DNA of 48,871 bases from an uncultured Candidatus Saccharibacteria bacterium (lineage in GTDB: Bacteria; Patescibacteriota; Saccharimonadia; CAILAD01; GCA-016700035). Location of the stretch: contig CALKUN010000113.1 of assembly GCA_937996675.1 (NCBI GenBank), positions 1 to 48,871 of the forward strand. Direction: 5' to 3'. A program made the position numbers and the translations under genes. The notes under the pieces are model-generated. The model ran no database searches and had not been told where the DNA came from. It saw only the letters and a list, made by a program, of their open reading frames with translations. Shown piece by piece: positions 17,401 to 27,995 of this stretch (position 1 is its first letter; every line of letters begins with the position of its first letter).

Positions 17401-17427
17401 CTGGCACTCAGCAATATACAGTGCTAG
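17401..17427. promoter_or_regulatory. CIRCE operator 2 (degenerate)
   Basis: CTGGCACTC-N9-CAGTGCTAG, just downstream of the -10 box. Confidence 0.65.
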
Positions 17428-17489
17428 AATATGTGTAGCACGAGACTGAATTTTCTCGATATAAACGACGTTTTATCTTACAACCACTT

Positions 17490-18194
17490 ATGTCTATCAC
17501 CGCACGACAAGCAGCTATTCTAGCTGAAATCATTCGTCAGTACGCCCATGGAGCCGAACCTGTTGGGAGCCATGCTCTTGCTGAGACGTTTGATGTGTCG
17601 AGTGCGACGATCCGAGCCGATATGGCCGCTCTGGAGCGCGAAGACTACATCTATCAGCCCCACATCTCATCAGGGCGCGTACCTACCGACAAAGGCTATC
17701 GCTTTTACGTCAATAACCTTACTGGTAGCGAAATGGCTACTCGTACGGCTATGACGATGGAGAAGCGCGTTGCGAGCCTCAAAGACCGAACGGATCATGC
17801 TATTAAAATTGCGACTGAGACTCTGTCAGATCTGACTGGTAATATGGCTTTTGCTACGCTCGCGGACAATGTGTACTTCCATGGTCTCCACCAGCTCTTT
17901 TCGCAGCCGGAGTTCGCTCACGCCCTACAGGCCGCCGCCGCCGCTCGCTATCTAGATGCTATGAGTGAATGGCTCTACGGTCGAGGCTTTCGCGATGACA
18001 TGGGCATCTTCATCGGCGCAGAGAACCCCTTCGCCCGTTCGAGCGGAATGGCCATGGTGCTAGCTCGATTCGAGAGCCCTTACTCGCCGTATTCCTACGT
18101 CGGCGTCGTCGGACCGACCAGACAAGATTACGCCAAAGTCACCGGACTCGTTCAGCTCACCGGACAAAAATTAGAGGAGGTCTTCAATGCCTAA
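17490..18194 (+). CDS. hrcA: Heat-inducible transcription repressor HrcA (compact, 234 aa)
   Basis: N-terminal winged helix (RQAAILAEIIRQY...SSATIRADMAALE) and the C-terminal VGVVGPTRQDY motif. The hrcA-grpE-dnaK order and upstream CIRCE sites support the call. Confidence 0.9.
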   Translation: MSITARQAAILAEIIRQYAHGAEPVGSHALAETFDVSSATIRADMAALEREDYIYQPHISSGRVPTDKGYRFYVNNLTGSEMATRTAMTMEKRVASLKDRTDHAIKIATETLSDLTGNMAFATLADNVYFHGLHQLFSQPEFAHALQAAAAARYLDAMSEWLYGRGFRDDMGIFIGAENPFARSSGMAMVLARFESPYSPYSYVGVVGPTRQDYAKVTGLVQLTGQKLEEVFNA

Positions 18195-18753
18195 ACCATC
18201 AGATAACACACCAGAAATTCCCGAACAACCAAAGGGCGCAAAGTCATCTAAGTTTGCAAAGAAGCAGCCCAAGATCGATCCAGTAGAAGTACTTACAGCT
18301 GATCTTCAGCGTGTTCAGGCAGACTTTGAAAACTACAAGAAACGCGTCGCTGGTGAGCGTAGCGAGCTCATGAATAGCGCCAAGCTATCAGTGCTCTCTG
18401 ACCTTCTTCCGGCCCTTGATAATTTTGACCGAGCAGCCACTCATCTTCCTGAGCATCTCACGAGTGATCCATGGGCACAGGGGATGAGCTATGTTGGCTC
18501 GCAGCTCGAGACAATTCTGTCCGACATGGGCGTCAAGAAATTTGATCCAGCCGGCCAGGAATTTGATGCCACAGAGCATGAAGCTCTGGAGTACGTTGAG
18601 TCGGACAAGCCAGAGGGGATCGTGCTTGAAACGCTCACTCCGGGCTATATCATTGGCGATCGGGTCGTCCGCCCAGCCACCGTTCGCGTGAGCTCAGGAG
18701 CTTTTCAGCCAAACCAACAAGACATTGATGACGCTAAGGAGGATACCGCATGA
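18187..18753 (+). CDS. grpE: Nucleotide exchange factor GrpE
   Basis: The coiled-coil LQRVQADFENYKKR motif and a C-terminal beta domain. It overlaps the hrcA stop. Confidence 0.93.
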   Translation: MPKPSDNTPEIPEQPKGAKSSKFAKKQPKIDPVEVLTADLQRVQADFENYKKRVAGERSELMNSAKLSVLSDLLPALDNFDRAATHLPEHLTSDPWAQGMSYVGSQLETILSDMGVKKFDPAGQEFDATEHEALEYVESDKPEGIVLETLTPGYIIGDRVVRPATVRVSSGAFQPNQQDIDDAKEDTA

Positions 18754-18932
18754 ACAAACCAAAACTTAAAATCATCTTGACGGCGATTTTAGCTTTCATC
18801 CTCGCTGTTCTGCTCTTTCGCGTCACAATGATTTTTGTTCAGGTAATTATCGGCTTCAGTATCATACTTGCACTTACGGTTATTATCTTTACAGCAATTA
18901 ATTCACGCTCGCAGAAAGGGCCCATCGAATGA
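18750..18932 (+). CDS. Small two-TM membrane protein inside the heat-shock operon
   Basis: 60-aa ORF with an ATGA overlap on the grpE stop and two clear hydrophobic helices. Confidence 0.45.
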   Translation: MNKPKLKIILTAILAFILAVLLFRVTMIFVQVIIGFSIILALTVIIFTAINSRSQKGPIE

Positions 18933-19011
18933 ATGAATTTTTGAAAGCTCTCGCACTCATCAAGAAGCGTAACGAAGACAAGAAACAAGAAGCAGCTAAG
19001 AAGGAGAATAA

Positions 19012-20925
<1,914 letters not shown>

Positions 20926-20955
20926 AAATGATCGAAAAAGAAGTAAACTAGAAGT

Positions 20956-21294
20956 ATGAAGACACTCATCGCCATGAGCTTGGCAGTGCTGCTCCTCCTC
21001 TCAGCAGGCTACTTCGCTACCACAACGATCACTACTAAGGTTGATCAAACCTGTAGTAGCGAATCAAACTACCAAAACTCATGGCGTGATGTGTATTTTT
21101 TCACGCAGCAGTCTGAGACCGGAGGCACGCCCTCCATGGACCTTAGGATGTGCACAGGGCCCTCAGTATACGTCCGTTACCACCCGGTAGACGTCGCGGC
21201 TGTGAGCTTCCTTGGCGCCCTGACGGCTGGCTTCATAACCTACAGAAATGAGACAATGCATACTAAGAAACCAAAACAGAAGGAGACAAAATAA
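20956..21294 (+). CDS. Hypothetical exported or membrane protein
   Basis: 112-aa ORF with an N-terminal signal/TM segment and a C-terminal hydrophobic segment. Its stop overlaps the next start (TAATG). Confidence 0.5.
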   Translation: MKTLIAMSLAVLLLLSAGYFATTTITTKVDQTCSSESNYQNSWRDVYFFTQQSETGGTPSMDLRMCTGPSVYVRYHPVDVAAVSFLGALTAGFITYRNETMHTKKPKQKETK

Positions 21295-21689
21295 TGACTG
21301 AAACACCTGATAATCTCCGTACTATTCATATCTACGTCGTCGAAGGCGATGACGTGTGGATCAAGCAGAATAATGACAGTCTGAACATCCAGTGGGATCC
21401 ACAGTCGGACGTCAAAGCGGGCGAGACGGTGTCTCGTCTGATGAACGAAGTATTCAATGGGAAACCGTTTGAGTTTCTCAACAGCGCCGAAAAGGCGTAT
21501 GATCCTACAGCGAAGGCCTTTTACTTTCTCGTCATGCTGCGCAACATCGGTGGGCCGACCGCAGCAGCGTCGGATTTGAAGAAGGTCAAGTCGATCTGGC
21601 TCACAGATGAAATCAACAAGCCAGACGGCGAATCAGAACTAATCAAAGATAGCTTCAAGCACTTTAAGCTATTACATAAACGAGTATAA
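21294..21689 (+). CDS. Hypothetical protein
   Basis: 131-aa ORF tightly packed in the operon. No family recognised. Confidence 0.5.
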   Translation: MTETPDNLRTIHIYVVEGDDVWIKQNNDSLNIQWDPQSDVKAGETVSRLMNEVFNGKPFEFLNSAEKAYDPTAKAFYFLVMLRNIGGPTAAASDLKKVKSIWLTDEINKPDGESELIKDSFKHFKLLHKRV

Positions 21690-21691
21690 CT

Positions 21692-22597
21692 ATGAAGACA
21701 ATATTTTTTATTGATGGCGAAAACTTCGTCTACCAACTACGTGACACATTGGCTAAAGGCCGCCTCATCCGCTACCGCGATGAGCTGGCACGTGTGGATA
21801 TTCGCAAGCTCTTTGTGAATACCCTGCAAGATGAAGGTGTGAAGGACTCGAGTATCCGCTACTATGCCTCCAAGATCCACATTATTGACCGTACGCCAGA
21901 GCTGAAAGAACGTACTGAGCGCTACCTAGCCGACTCTGAAGTCTGGCAGAAGGTCCTGGCTGACCAAAAGGTCGAATATATCGAAGCAGGTCACTTGCTC
22001 GTCCGTGACGGCAAACCATGCGTGGAGTGCGGACACCGTGAGCCTGTTTTGACCGAGAAGGGAACAGATGTAACTATCGCGACTGATCTCATCCGTGCAT
22101 CAGGCGAGAATGTTCGACTCGTCCTCTTGAGCTCAGATGGAGACCTCATGCCGGCGCTCGAAGAGTCCAAGCGACGTGGCTCCGAAGTGATTTATGTTGG
22201 ATTCCGCGGCGTGAGCAATGCGGCTCTCGCGCGGAATGCGACCAGCCGATTTACGATTACTACCAAGCTCGCCGCTGCCGTATTGGCACCAAAGTCCAAG
22301 TCTGATCCTGAATCAAAGGCTCGTCCAAAAGTTGGCGAGGTCAAAGGCAAAGGCACGACACAGCAGCAGAAGCCGCAAGCGACTGAGCACACTCACGCCG
22401 AACAGCCAGCTCCAGCTCAGGAAGTAAAGCCAAAGCCACAGAATCAGCAACGACGTGGACGAAATAATAACAATACTAATCGACAGAAGCCCGCCGCCGA
22501 TCAGCCAAGCGTATTTACCGGCTCTCGTCTAGCGAGCATTCTGCCAGGACCAGCGCCTGCCCAAAAGAAGGATAAGACCGATGGCCGAAAAGCGTGA
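21692..22597 (+). CDS. NYN-domain (LabA-like, PIN-fold) putative RNase with inserted zinc-ribbon-like segment and disordered basic tail
   Basis: [19 protein letters not shown] and [11 protein letters not shown] motifs of NYN domains, plus a CVECGH insert. The last 100 aa or so are low-complexity and K/P/Q-rich. It overlaps the dnaJ start by 17 nt. Confidence 0.7.
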   Translation: MKTIFFIDGENFVYQLRDTLAKGRLIRYRDELARVDIRKLFVNTLQDEGVKDSSIRYYASKIHIIDRTPELKERTERYLADSEVWQKVLADQKVEYIEAGHLLVRDGKPCVECGHREPVLTEKGTDVTIATDLIRASGENVRLVLLSSDGDLMPALEESKRRGSEVIYVGFRGVSNAALARNATSRFTITTKLAAAVLAPKSKSDPESKARPKVGEVKGKGTTQQQKPQATEHTHAEQPAPAQEVKPKPQNQQRRGRNNNNTNRQKPAADQPSVFTGSRLASILPGPAPAQKKDKTDGRKA

Positions 22598-23495
22598 TTA
22601 CTACGATATCCTCGGAGTACAGCGCGATGCGAGCCCCGACGATATCAAGAAGGCTTTTAAGAAGGCGGCTCTAAAGCACCATCCCGATCGCGAGGGCGGT
22701 GACGAAGCGAAGTTCAAAGAAGTTGGTGAGGCCTATGAGGTACTCTCCGATGATCAGAAGCGCGCTGCCTACGATCAGTATGGTCATGCGGCTGGCGCAG
22801 CCAACGCGGGCGGACCAGGCGGGGGTAATCCCTTTGGTGGTGGAGCTGGTGGATTTGATTTTGGCGGAATTCATTTCGACTTTGGTGGCGAACAAGCCGG
22901 AGGCTTTGGCGATATGTTTGGCGATTTATTTAGCACGGTGCGTGGTCGTCCGCGCGACGTCCAGGTCGCTCTGGCCATTGAGTTTATGGAAGCTATCCAT
23001 GGAGTCGAGCGCGAGCTCAGTCTGCGTATTATGGATCGCAGCACCAATGAGCGTAAGTCTGAAACGGTGAAGATCAAAGTGCCAGCCGGTATTGATGACG
23101 GTCAGACGATTCGCGTCGGTGGACGCGGTGAGTATGGGAGCCAAGGACAACGTGGCGATCTGTACGTAGAGATTCACGTTCGTCCAGATCGCAACTTTGA
23201 ACGGCAGGGTCCACACATTGTGAGTCGCGTAAAGGTTGATATGGTCGATGCCGCTCTCGGTACCGAGGTTGAGATCAAGACCCTTGAGGGCGATGTAACA
23301 ATTAAGGTCCCAGCTGGAACGCAGCCAGGCAAAGTACTCAAGTTGAGTGGCAAAGGGGTAGCCGTACCGGGCTCGAACCAGCACGGTGATCATCTCGTGG
23401 AGGTTAGTATTCATATTCCAACTAAGCTGACGGCCAAACAGAAAGCAGCCTTGCAGGACTATCGCAAAGGTCAGAAAAAAAGCCTCTTTCATTAA
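22581..23495 (+). CDS. dnaJ: J-domain co-chaperone lacking the zinc-finger domain (class B, CbpA-like DnaJ)
   Basis: J domain with HPD (KHHPDR), a G/F-rich region and C-terminal substrate-binding domains. The 304-aa protein contains no cysteine at all, so the CxxCxGxG domain is absent. Confidence 0.9.
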   Translation: MAEKRDYYDILGVQRDASPDDIKKAFKKAALKHHPDREGGDEAKFKEVGEAYEVLSDDQKRAAYDQYGHAAGAANAGGPGGGNPFGGGAGGFDFGGIHFDFGGEQAGGFGDMFGDLFSTVRGRPRDVQVALAIEFMEAIHGVERELSLRIMDRSTNERKSETVKIKVPAGIDDGQTIRVGGRGEYGSQGQRGDLYVEIHVRPDRNFERQGPHIVSRVKVDMVDAALGTEVEIKTLEGDVTIKVPAGTQPGKVLKLSGKGVAVPGSNQHGDHLVEVSIHIPTKLTAKQKAALQDYRKGQKKSLFH

Positions 23496-23503
23496 ATTAC
23501 GAA

Positions 23504-23531
23504 GCCCATGCTTGTAAAAGAAAGCATGGGC
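23504..23531. terminator. Bidirectional hairpin between dnaJ (+) and GC-rich cassette C (-)
   Basis: GCCCATGCTT-GTAAAAGA-AAGCATGGGC. Confidence 0.6.
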
Positions 23532-23539
23532 ACTTGAGT

Positions 23540-23935
23540 CTAGGCGAGAGTGAGGTCGGTGAGGCTGTACAGCCACTCGTAGCCTGACATCTCCTGCAGA
23601 ATTCTCAAGACGGCGTGAATGAGTGGCCTGACCTCGGCATCACTCGGTAGAGCTGATTTGTCCGCGAAGTCGTCGCGGTTGAGGATGAGGTGAAAGCCAT
23701 CACCGATGGAGCCGAGGCGCGTACATGAGGGCAGCTCCGGCGCTACCACATAGAGCTTCACGAACGGGTCATCACCGTGGTGGGCCAACAGTTGGAGCCA
23801 GTTGTCTTCATAGAAGGAAAAGGCGAGCGTGAGTTGTCCTCGCCTGTCGACGGATCGGTCGACAACGAGCCACTTGGTGGGCAGGGGCTGACGCGTGGGG
23901 CCAGCCAGATCAGTGCCTGACTCAGTTGTACTCAT
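23540..23935 (-). CDS. GC-rich orphan protein C (131 aa), no family recognised
   Basis: ATG with a GGGAGA SD. It is G/C-rich with G/C-dominated third positions and has its own promoter and terminator. Confidence 0.6.
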   Translation of the reverse strand: MSTTESGTDLAGPTRQPLPTKWLVVDRSVDRRGQLTLAFSFYEDNWLQLLAHHGDDPFVKLYVVAPELPSCTRLGSIGDGFHLILNRDDFADKSALPSDAEVRPLIHAVLRILQEMSGYEWLYSLTDLTLA

Positions 23936-23971
23936 AGAAGGTTCTCCCGGGTCGAGTGGGTTTGTGGTGAT

Positions 23972-24000
23972 AGCCTACATCTGTCGCTCAGTGCTGTCAA
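23972..24000 (-). promoter_or_regulatory. sigma70-type promoter of cassette C
   Basis: On the minus strand TTGACA (24000-23995), a 17-nt spacer, then TAGGCT (23977-23972). Confidence 0.55.
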
Positions 24001-24011
24001 TAAAATTACAA

Positions 24012-24039
24012 GACCCCTACGCTGGCTTGCGTAGGGGTC
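24012..24039 (-). terminator. Hairpin terminator of cassette D
   Basis: GACCCCTAC-GCAAGCCAGC-GTAGGGGTC on the minus strand, followed by TTGTAATTTTATT. Confidence 0.65.
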
Positions 24040-24048
24040 GGGGAAGGA

Positions 24049-24504
24049 CTAGCCGTCGCACATGATTCGCTCGAAGTACTCCGGCGGGTGCGACCTCAGG
24101 TTGAGGGGATTGGTCAGCGGCGCATCGGTTGGTGCCGGCGGTACTTCCCACTCATCCCAGAGGTCGTCCTCGAAGGACGGTCTGGGTGGGGATCGCTGAG
24201 TAAGGGTGGCCTTGGAGGTGTGGACCGACTCGAAGCCGGGCACTTCGCGGATGGCGATGTCGATTTTCCGGGCGGCGGCTTCGCTCAGAAGGGCCGTGCG
24301 GAAGCGGATCACCAGTTCGCCGCGAGGGCTGGCGATGGAGAGGAGGAGGCCGTCGAGCGCGATGCCGCCGATGCGTTCCAGTCGCTCACGAATGATTCCG
24401 GCCTTCCAGAACTTGCCGTCCTGGCAGTCGCTGCTGAAACCGTGCGGGAGGTGTGTGACGCTCAGTTGGTAGGTATCGGTACCGAAGTGGGGTGCAATGG
24501 TCAT
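24049..24504 (-). CDS. GC-rich orphan protein D (151 aa); shares a roughly 50-aa motif block with protein E
   Basis: ATG with a GGAG SD. A hand count of line 24301 gave about 70% G+C. A shadow ORF on the plus strand (24088..24519) is typical of high-GC coding DNA. Confidence 0.6.
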   Translation of the reverse strand: MTIAPHFGTDTYQLSVTHLPHGFSSDCQDGKFWKAGIIRERLERIGGIALDGLLLSIASPRGELVIRFRTALLSEAAARKIDIAIREVPGFESVHTSKATLTQRSPPRPSFEDDLWDEWEVPPAPTDAPLTNPLNLRSHPPEYFERIMCDG

Positions 24505-24539
24505 GGGTGCTCCAGATGAGTAGAGTTACATCGGAGCAA

Positions 24540-24568
24540 ATATTACATCCTTAAGGTGTAAATGTCAA
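24540..24568 (-). promoter_or_regulatory. sigma70-type promoter of cassette D
   Basis: On the minus strand TTGACA (24568-24563), a 17-nt spacer, then TAATAT (24545-24540). Confidence 0.6.
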
Positions 24569-24605
24569 TATGGGTTCTGTTCCGCTAGCAAGGCTGAGAC
24601 GGACA

Positions 24606-24637
24606 AAGCCTCCCTGTCTGGTGGGACAGGGAGGCTT
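24606..24637 (-). terminator. Hairpin downstream of cassette E
   Basis: 13-bp stem AAGCCTCCCTGTC / GACAGGGAGGCTT with a 6-nt loop. The downstream T-run is weak (TTGTCC). Confidence 0.45.
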
Positions 24638-24660
24638 GATGGGTGAATGTGAGGTGTGGC

Positions 24661-25038
24661 TCAGCCGGCGCTGGCACCTCCGAAGCCGAAGGGCACGCTG
24701 GAGTCGATGGCCATCGGCGTGAAGGGCTGCCGCTCAAAGGCGGCGTGGTTGCCGCTGAGCGTCTCCTGCACGCCGACCTTGCAGCCAGCCAGAGCGGCCA
24801 GGGCGCGTTCGATGTAACGCTGCACCACCTCACTGAGGCGGTTGGAGCGGACGCTGACCACCAGAGTGCCGTTCTCGATTCGGCAAGCAGTGACGTCGAG
24901 CTCCGGAATGGTGCGGTTCAGCCGATCCGCAAACTCCGACATGTCGGCGGCTTCGAGGGAGAGGGCGAGTGGTGGCTTGACGCTGACCTGCTTCTCATCT
25001 CTGGCTGCCGACGTGACTGAGGTACTCGTGTTGATCAT
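24661..25038 (-). CDS. GC-rich orphan protein E (125 aa); paralogous block with protein D
   Basis: ATG 25038 is preceded by a GAGAGGA SD. The track start at 25107 is the TTG of the -35 box. G/C-rich, with a plus-strand shadow ORF at 24643..25020. Confidence 0.6.
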   Translation of the reverse strand: MINTSTSVTSAARDEKQVSVKPPLALSLEAADMSEFADRLNRTIPELDVTACRIENGTLVVSVRSNRLSEVVQRYIERALAALAGCKVGVQETLSGNHAAFERQPFTPMAIDSSVPFGFGGASAG

Positions 25039-25077
25039 GAAAATCCTCTCGGGGAAGTACGGGAATGGACAGTGGTC

Positions 25078-25107
25078 ATCGTACGCCGCATTACGTACTT
25101 TTGTCAA
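25078..25107 (-). promoter_or_regulatory. sigma70-type promoter of cassette E
   Basis: On the minus strand TTGACA (25107-25102), an 18-nt spacer, then TACGAT (25083-25078). Confidence 0.5.
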
Positions 25108-25141
25108 CTTTATTATTGTCTGAAAATGTTACAATAAGCGT

Positions 25142-25669
25142 ATGCAATTTGGCTCAGTTCACGTCGATCCCAACTTCCTGATATTTGGTGTGCTTGGCGT
25201 GTTCTTTGTACTCACCTTTCTCTTCGGTGAAACCCGACTCCGGCGGGTGGCACTTGCACTACTTGCTGGGCTCTTCGCGGCTGACCAACTGACAAATCTC
25301 GCAATGACACAGCTCTCCAAGTCTGGCAGCGGGGGCGGTGAAGAAATGATGATCAAGCTCGGTATCCTTGGTACTATTCTGGTGCTCATGTCGCTGGGCA
25401 AAGCACCATCAGTCGGCGGCCACTTCTCTATACGCAGCATGGTACTCTCATTACTTACTGCAGCAACGCTTCTAGCGAATGTCTTTAGTTACCTGCCATC
25501 AGGGGAACAAAGCCAGTTGGAGAATGACTATAATCTTGCAGCTATCGCGATGAATAATCGTTCGTGGTGGCTCGTAGGTTTAATTTTCTGGCTCATCTTG
25601 CTACAACTCTGGAAGAAGAAGGCCAAAGAAGACGACTCAGCCGGTAAAGGCAAGAAGGGCAAGAAATAG
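25142..25669 (+). CDS. Hypothetical integral membrane protein
   Basis: 175-aa ORF with about 5 hydrophobic helices and a Lys-rich tail. TACAAT lies 6 nt upstream of the ATG and there is no SD. Confidence 0.6.
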   Translation: MQFGSVHVDPNFLIFGVLGVFFVLTFLFGETRLRRVALALLAGLFAADQLTNLAMTQLSKSGSGGGEEMMIKLGILGTILVLMSLGKAPSVGGHFSIRSMVLSLLTAATLLANVFSYLPSGEQSQLENDYNLAAIAMNNRSWWLVGLIFWLILLQLWKKKAKEDDSAGKGKKGKK

Positions 25670-25723
25670 ACTGCATGAGGCCCGGAGCTTGTATCGAGAG
25701 AGTATTTCCACTAGGCTAAATCG

Positions 25724-27016
25724 ATGAAGCAAACGCTCTACGAACGCCTCCTCAGGCGTTTTTTGATCAGCTGTATCCGGCGAGTCATGCGCAAGCAGTC
25801 GCCTCGGGTTATTGTCGTGACTGGTAGTCTCGGCAAGACTTCGACGCGGGCTGCTGTGGCGCGAGCCATCTCTGGTAGCTGGCCAGTCTTCACTCGCAGC
25901 CTCAAGAGCAACTTTGACCGAGGCCCCCTCATGGCGTTCTTCGGCCTGCGCCCCAACAAGAACATTCGCGGACGGCGTTTTTGGGTAGAAGATGTGCCGC
26001 GCATTTTGCGGCTCAGCAAGAAATATCCATATGAGCTGGTAGTGTTGGAAATATCTGAGATATCACTTACCAACCAGCTTGACCTGATAGAGGTGTTGCA
26101 GCCTACGATCTCTGTGCTGACAAGTCTCGCCAAGGTGCACGCATCGGATCACGCCGAGGATGACATCACATTACAGATGCAGAGCCTTATCGAGCATAGT
26201 GAGTCAGTTATCTACAATGCTGACTTTTCATCGCTGAAGGTAGTGGTCGACAATCATCCGCGAGTGAAGAGTTATGGTAGCGCCCGAACAGCCGACTATC
26301 GATTGATAGTGGCTGGGGTTGGCATAGACCAGCTCAGCAATTTCGTAATCCGACATGGCATGCAAGAATGGGACGTGCCGAGCAATCAGATCGGTCAGCA
26401 CTCTGGCGTGGCATACTCCGCGGCATTGGCCGTGACGGATGTGCTGGGCGGTGACATCCCCGATGCAATTGCCGAACTCAAGCTGCTCTACCCGGTGCGA
26501 GGTCGTCTCAATCCATTGCGGGGCATTCGTAAGTCTCTCATCATTGACGACTGCTACAACGCGAACGCTATCTCGATGGGTGCGGCGCTTGATACCCTGG
26601 CTCGGTTCCCGGCACCACGTATCGCTGTCTTGGGCAGTATGAATGAACTCGGCGACCATAGCCCTCGCGAGCACCGGGCTGTCGGTAGGAGAGTAGCGCA
26701 GTCGGCTGATGTGCTCATTGCGATAGGCGAAGATTCTACTCGCTATCTAGCACCTGCTGCGATACAGGCAGGCATGAAGTCCGACCAAGTGCATACATTC
26801 GAGTCGGCCCGAGCAGCCGGTGCCTATCTCAAACGGCATGTAGCCGTAAGCAGTACTGTTATGGGCAAGGGCTCTCAAGACGGCGTCTATACCGAAGAGG
26901 CCTTGCTTCCACTAGTAGTAGGGCGTGACAAGCGGCGACTGATCCGTCAGACGGCTTTCTGGCGAGCCAAAAAAGATCGTTTCTATGCCAATCTACAGAC
27001 TCGTCCAACTGAGTAA
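25724..27016 (+). CDS. Mur ligase family protein, MurF-like, lacking the N-terminal domain
   Basis: P-loop VTGSLGKTST, and DDCYNANAISMGAALDTL and GSMNELG blocks that resemble MurF. It sits next to ATP-grasp ligases rather than in a dcw cluster. Confidence 0.75.
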   Translation: MKQTLYERLLRRFLISCIRRVMRKQSPRVIVVTGSLGKTSTRAAVARAISGSWPVFTRSLKSNFDRGPLMAFFGLRPNKNIRGRRFWVEDVPRILRLSKKYPYELVVLEISEISLTNQLDLIEVLQPTISVLTSLAKVHASDHAEDDITLQMQSLIEHSESVIYNADFSSLKVVVDNHPRVKSYGSARTADYRLIVAGVGIDQLSNFVIRHGMQEWDVPSNQIGQHSGVAYSAALAVTDVLGGDIPDAIAELKLLYPVRGRLNPLRGIRKSLIIDDCYNANAISMGAALDTLARFPAPRIAVLGSMNELGDHSPREHRAVGRRVAQSADVLIAIGEDSTRYLAPAAIQAGMKSDQVHTFESARAAGAYLKRHVAVSSTVMGKGSQDGVYTEEALLPLVVGRDKRRLIRQTAFWRAKKDRFYANLQTRPTE

Positions 27017-27021
27017 AGGTA

Positions 27022-27050
27022 TTTACAAAGATCTTAAAAACAGGTATAAT
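27022..27050 (+). promoter_or_regulatory. sigma70-type promoter directly abutting the first ATP-grasp gene
   Basis: TTTACA (27022-27027), a 17-nt spacer, then TATAAT (27045-27050), then 9 nt to ATG 27060 with no SD. Confidence 0.5.
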
Positions 27051-27059
27051 ATAAGCACT

Positions 27060-27995
27060 ATGACCACCAAGCCACACAATCATGATGTGCTGGTCTTTTT
27101 TAGCTTTAAGTCCCACAAAAAAGGCTACTACAAGACACTCTTCGACCGTCTGACGAGCCAGGCGGCTGATTTTGGTTTGACTCTGCATCAGGGCTCACTC
27201 AAGGACCTCGTTATTTCCTACAAAGATAATAAGATGGAGATCACCGAAACAATGACCGGACGTGATCTATCTTCGTTTGGACTCGTATACTTTGAGCTTT
27301 TTACCAAGGCTCCACAGCAGGCATTGGCCGCCGCCGCTTACTTGGACCGCAAGAGGGTGCCATACTTCTCGCCGCAGGTTCGACAGATCCTTCCAGACTC
27401 TAAGCTGGCCGAAATGGCTCTCTTGGCCGATAATGGGCTCTCGATTCCAGATGGCATCACGTCTTCAAATACTCAGCTCAAGTCGATCTTTCGCGCGGAC
27501 CATCCAATTGAGTACCCATTCATTCTCAAAAGCGTGAAAGCCTTTGGTGGTGCTATGAATTTTTTGGTTCACGACTATGCCGAGCTTGTTGCTCACTTGG
27601 ATGAGAATCCGCAGGAGACGTTTATTATTCAGAGCTTTATTCCAAACCAGTTTGATTACCGCGTTCTGATCTTCGGTGGTGAGGTCAAACTCGTGCTCAA
27701 GCGATCACGCAATAGCGCCGAGACCCATCTCAATAACACATCCAAGGGTGCAGCTGGCGAATTCCTCGACCCATCCGAACTCACCGAAGATCAGATGGCT
27801 GATACACTCAAAGCAGCCAAGCTGCTCGGCCGGGAGGAGTTCTGTGGACTCGACCTGATTATCAATGAGCAGACTGGCGAGCACAGCATTCTGGAGATTA
27901 ATGAATCACCTGGTATCGAGCTTGGTGTCGAGCCTGAGAAGAAAATGGGCATCATGCTGGCCTATATGAAATCACGAATGGAGACACAGTCATGA
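27060..27995 (+). CDS. RimK-type ATP-grasp ligase paralog 1
   Basis: DYRVLIFGGEV, HLNNTSKGAAGE, GLDLI and ILEINESPG blocks matching the RimK/GshB-like ATP-grasp core. The start is chosen at the ATG after the promoter; track ORF 26985 overlaps the upstream gene. Confidence 0.75.
   Translation: MTTKPHNHDVLVFFSFKSHKKGYYKTLFDRLTSQAADFGLTLHQGSLKDLVISYKDNKMEITETMTGRDLSSFGLVYFELFTKAPQQALAAAAYLDRKRVPYFSPQVRQILPDSKLAEMALLADNGLSIPDGITSSNTQLKSIFRADHPIEYPFILKSVKAFGGAMNFLVHDYAELVAHLDENPQETFIIQSFIPNQFDYRVLIFGGEVKLVLKRSRNSAETHLNNTSKGAAGEFLDPSELTEDQMADTLKAAKLLGREEFCGLDLIINEQTGEHSILEINESPGIELGVEPEKKMGIMLAYMKSRMETQS

Noticed and set aside
22926-23576. 216-aa minus-strand ORF opposite dnaJ, and similar long antisense ORFs in ftsH, dnaK, ruvB and the MurF-like gene
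   Set aside because: All lie antisense to strongly conserved genes. They lack SDs and promoters and have no recognisable motifs.
24088-25020. Plus-strand ORFs 24088..24519, 24206..24472 and 24643..25020 opposite cassettes D and E
   Set aside because: They are antisense shadow ORFs in G+C-rich DNA with Arg/Gly/Ala-rich products. Promoters, SDs and terminators all fit the minus-strand genes.
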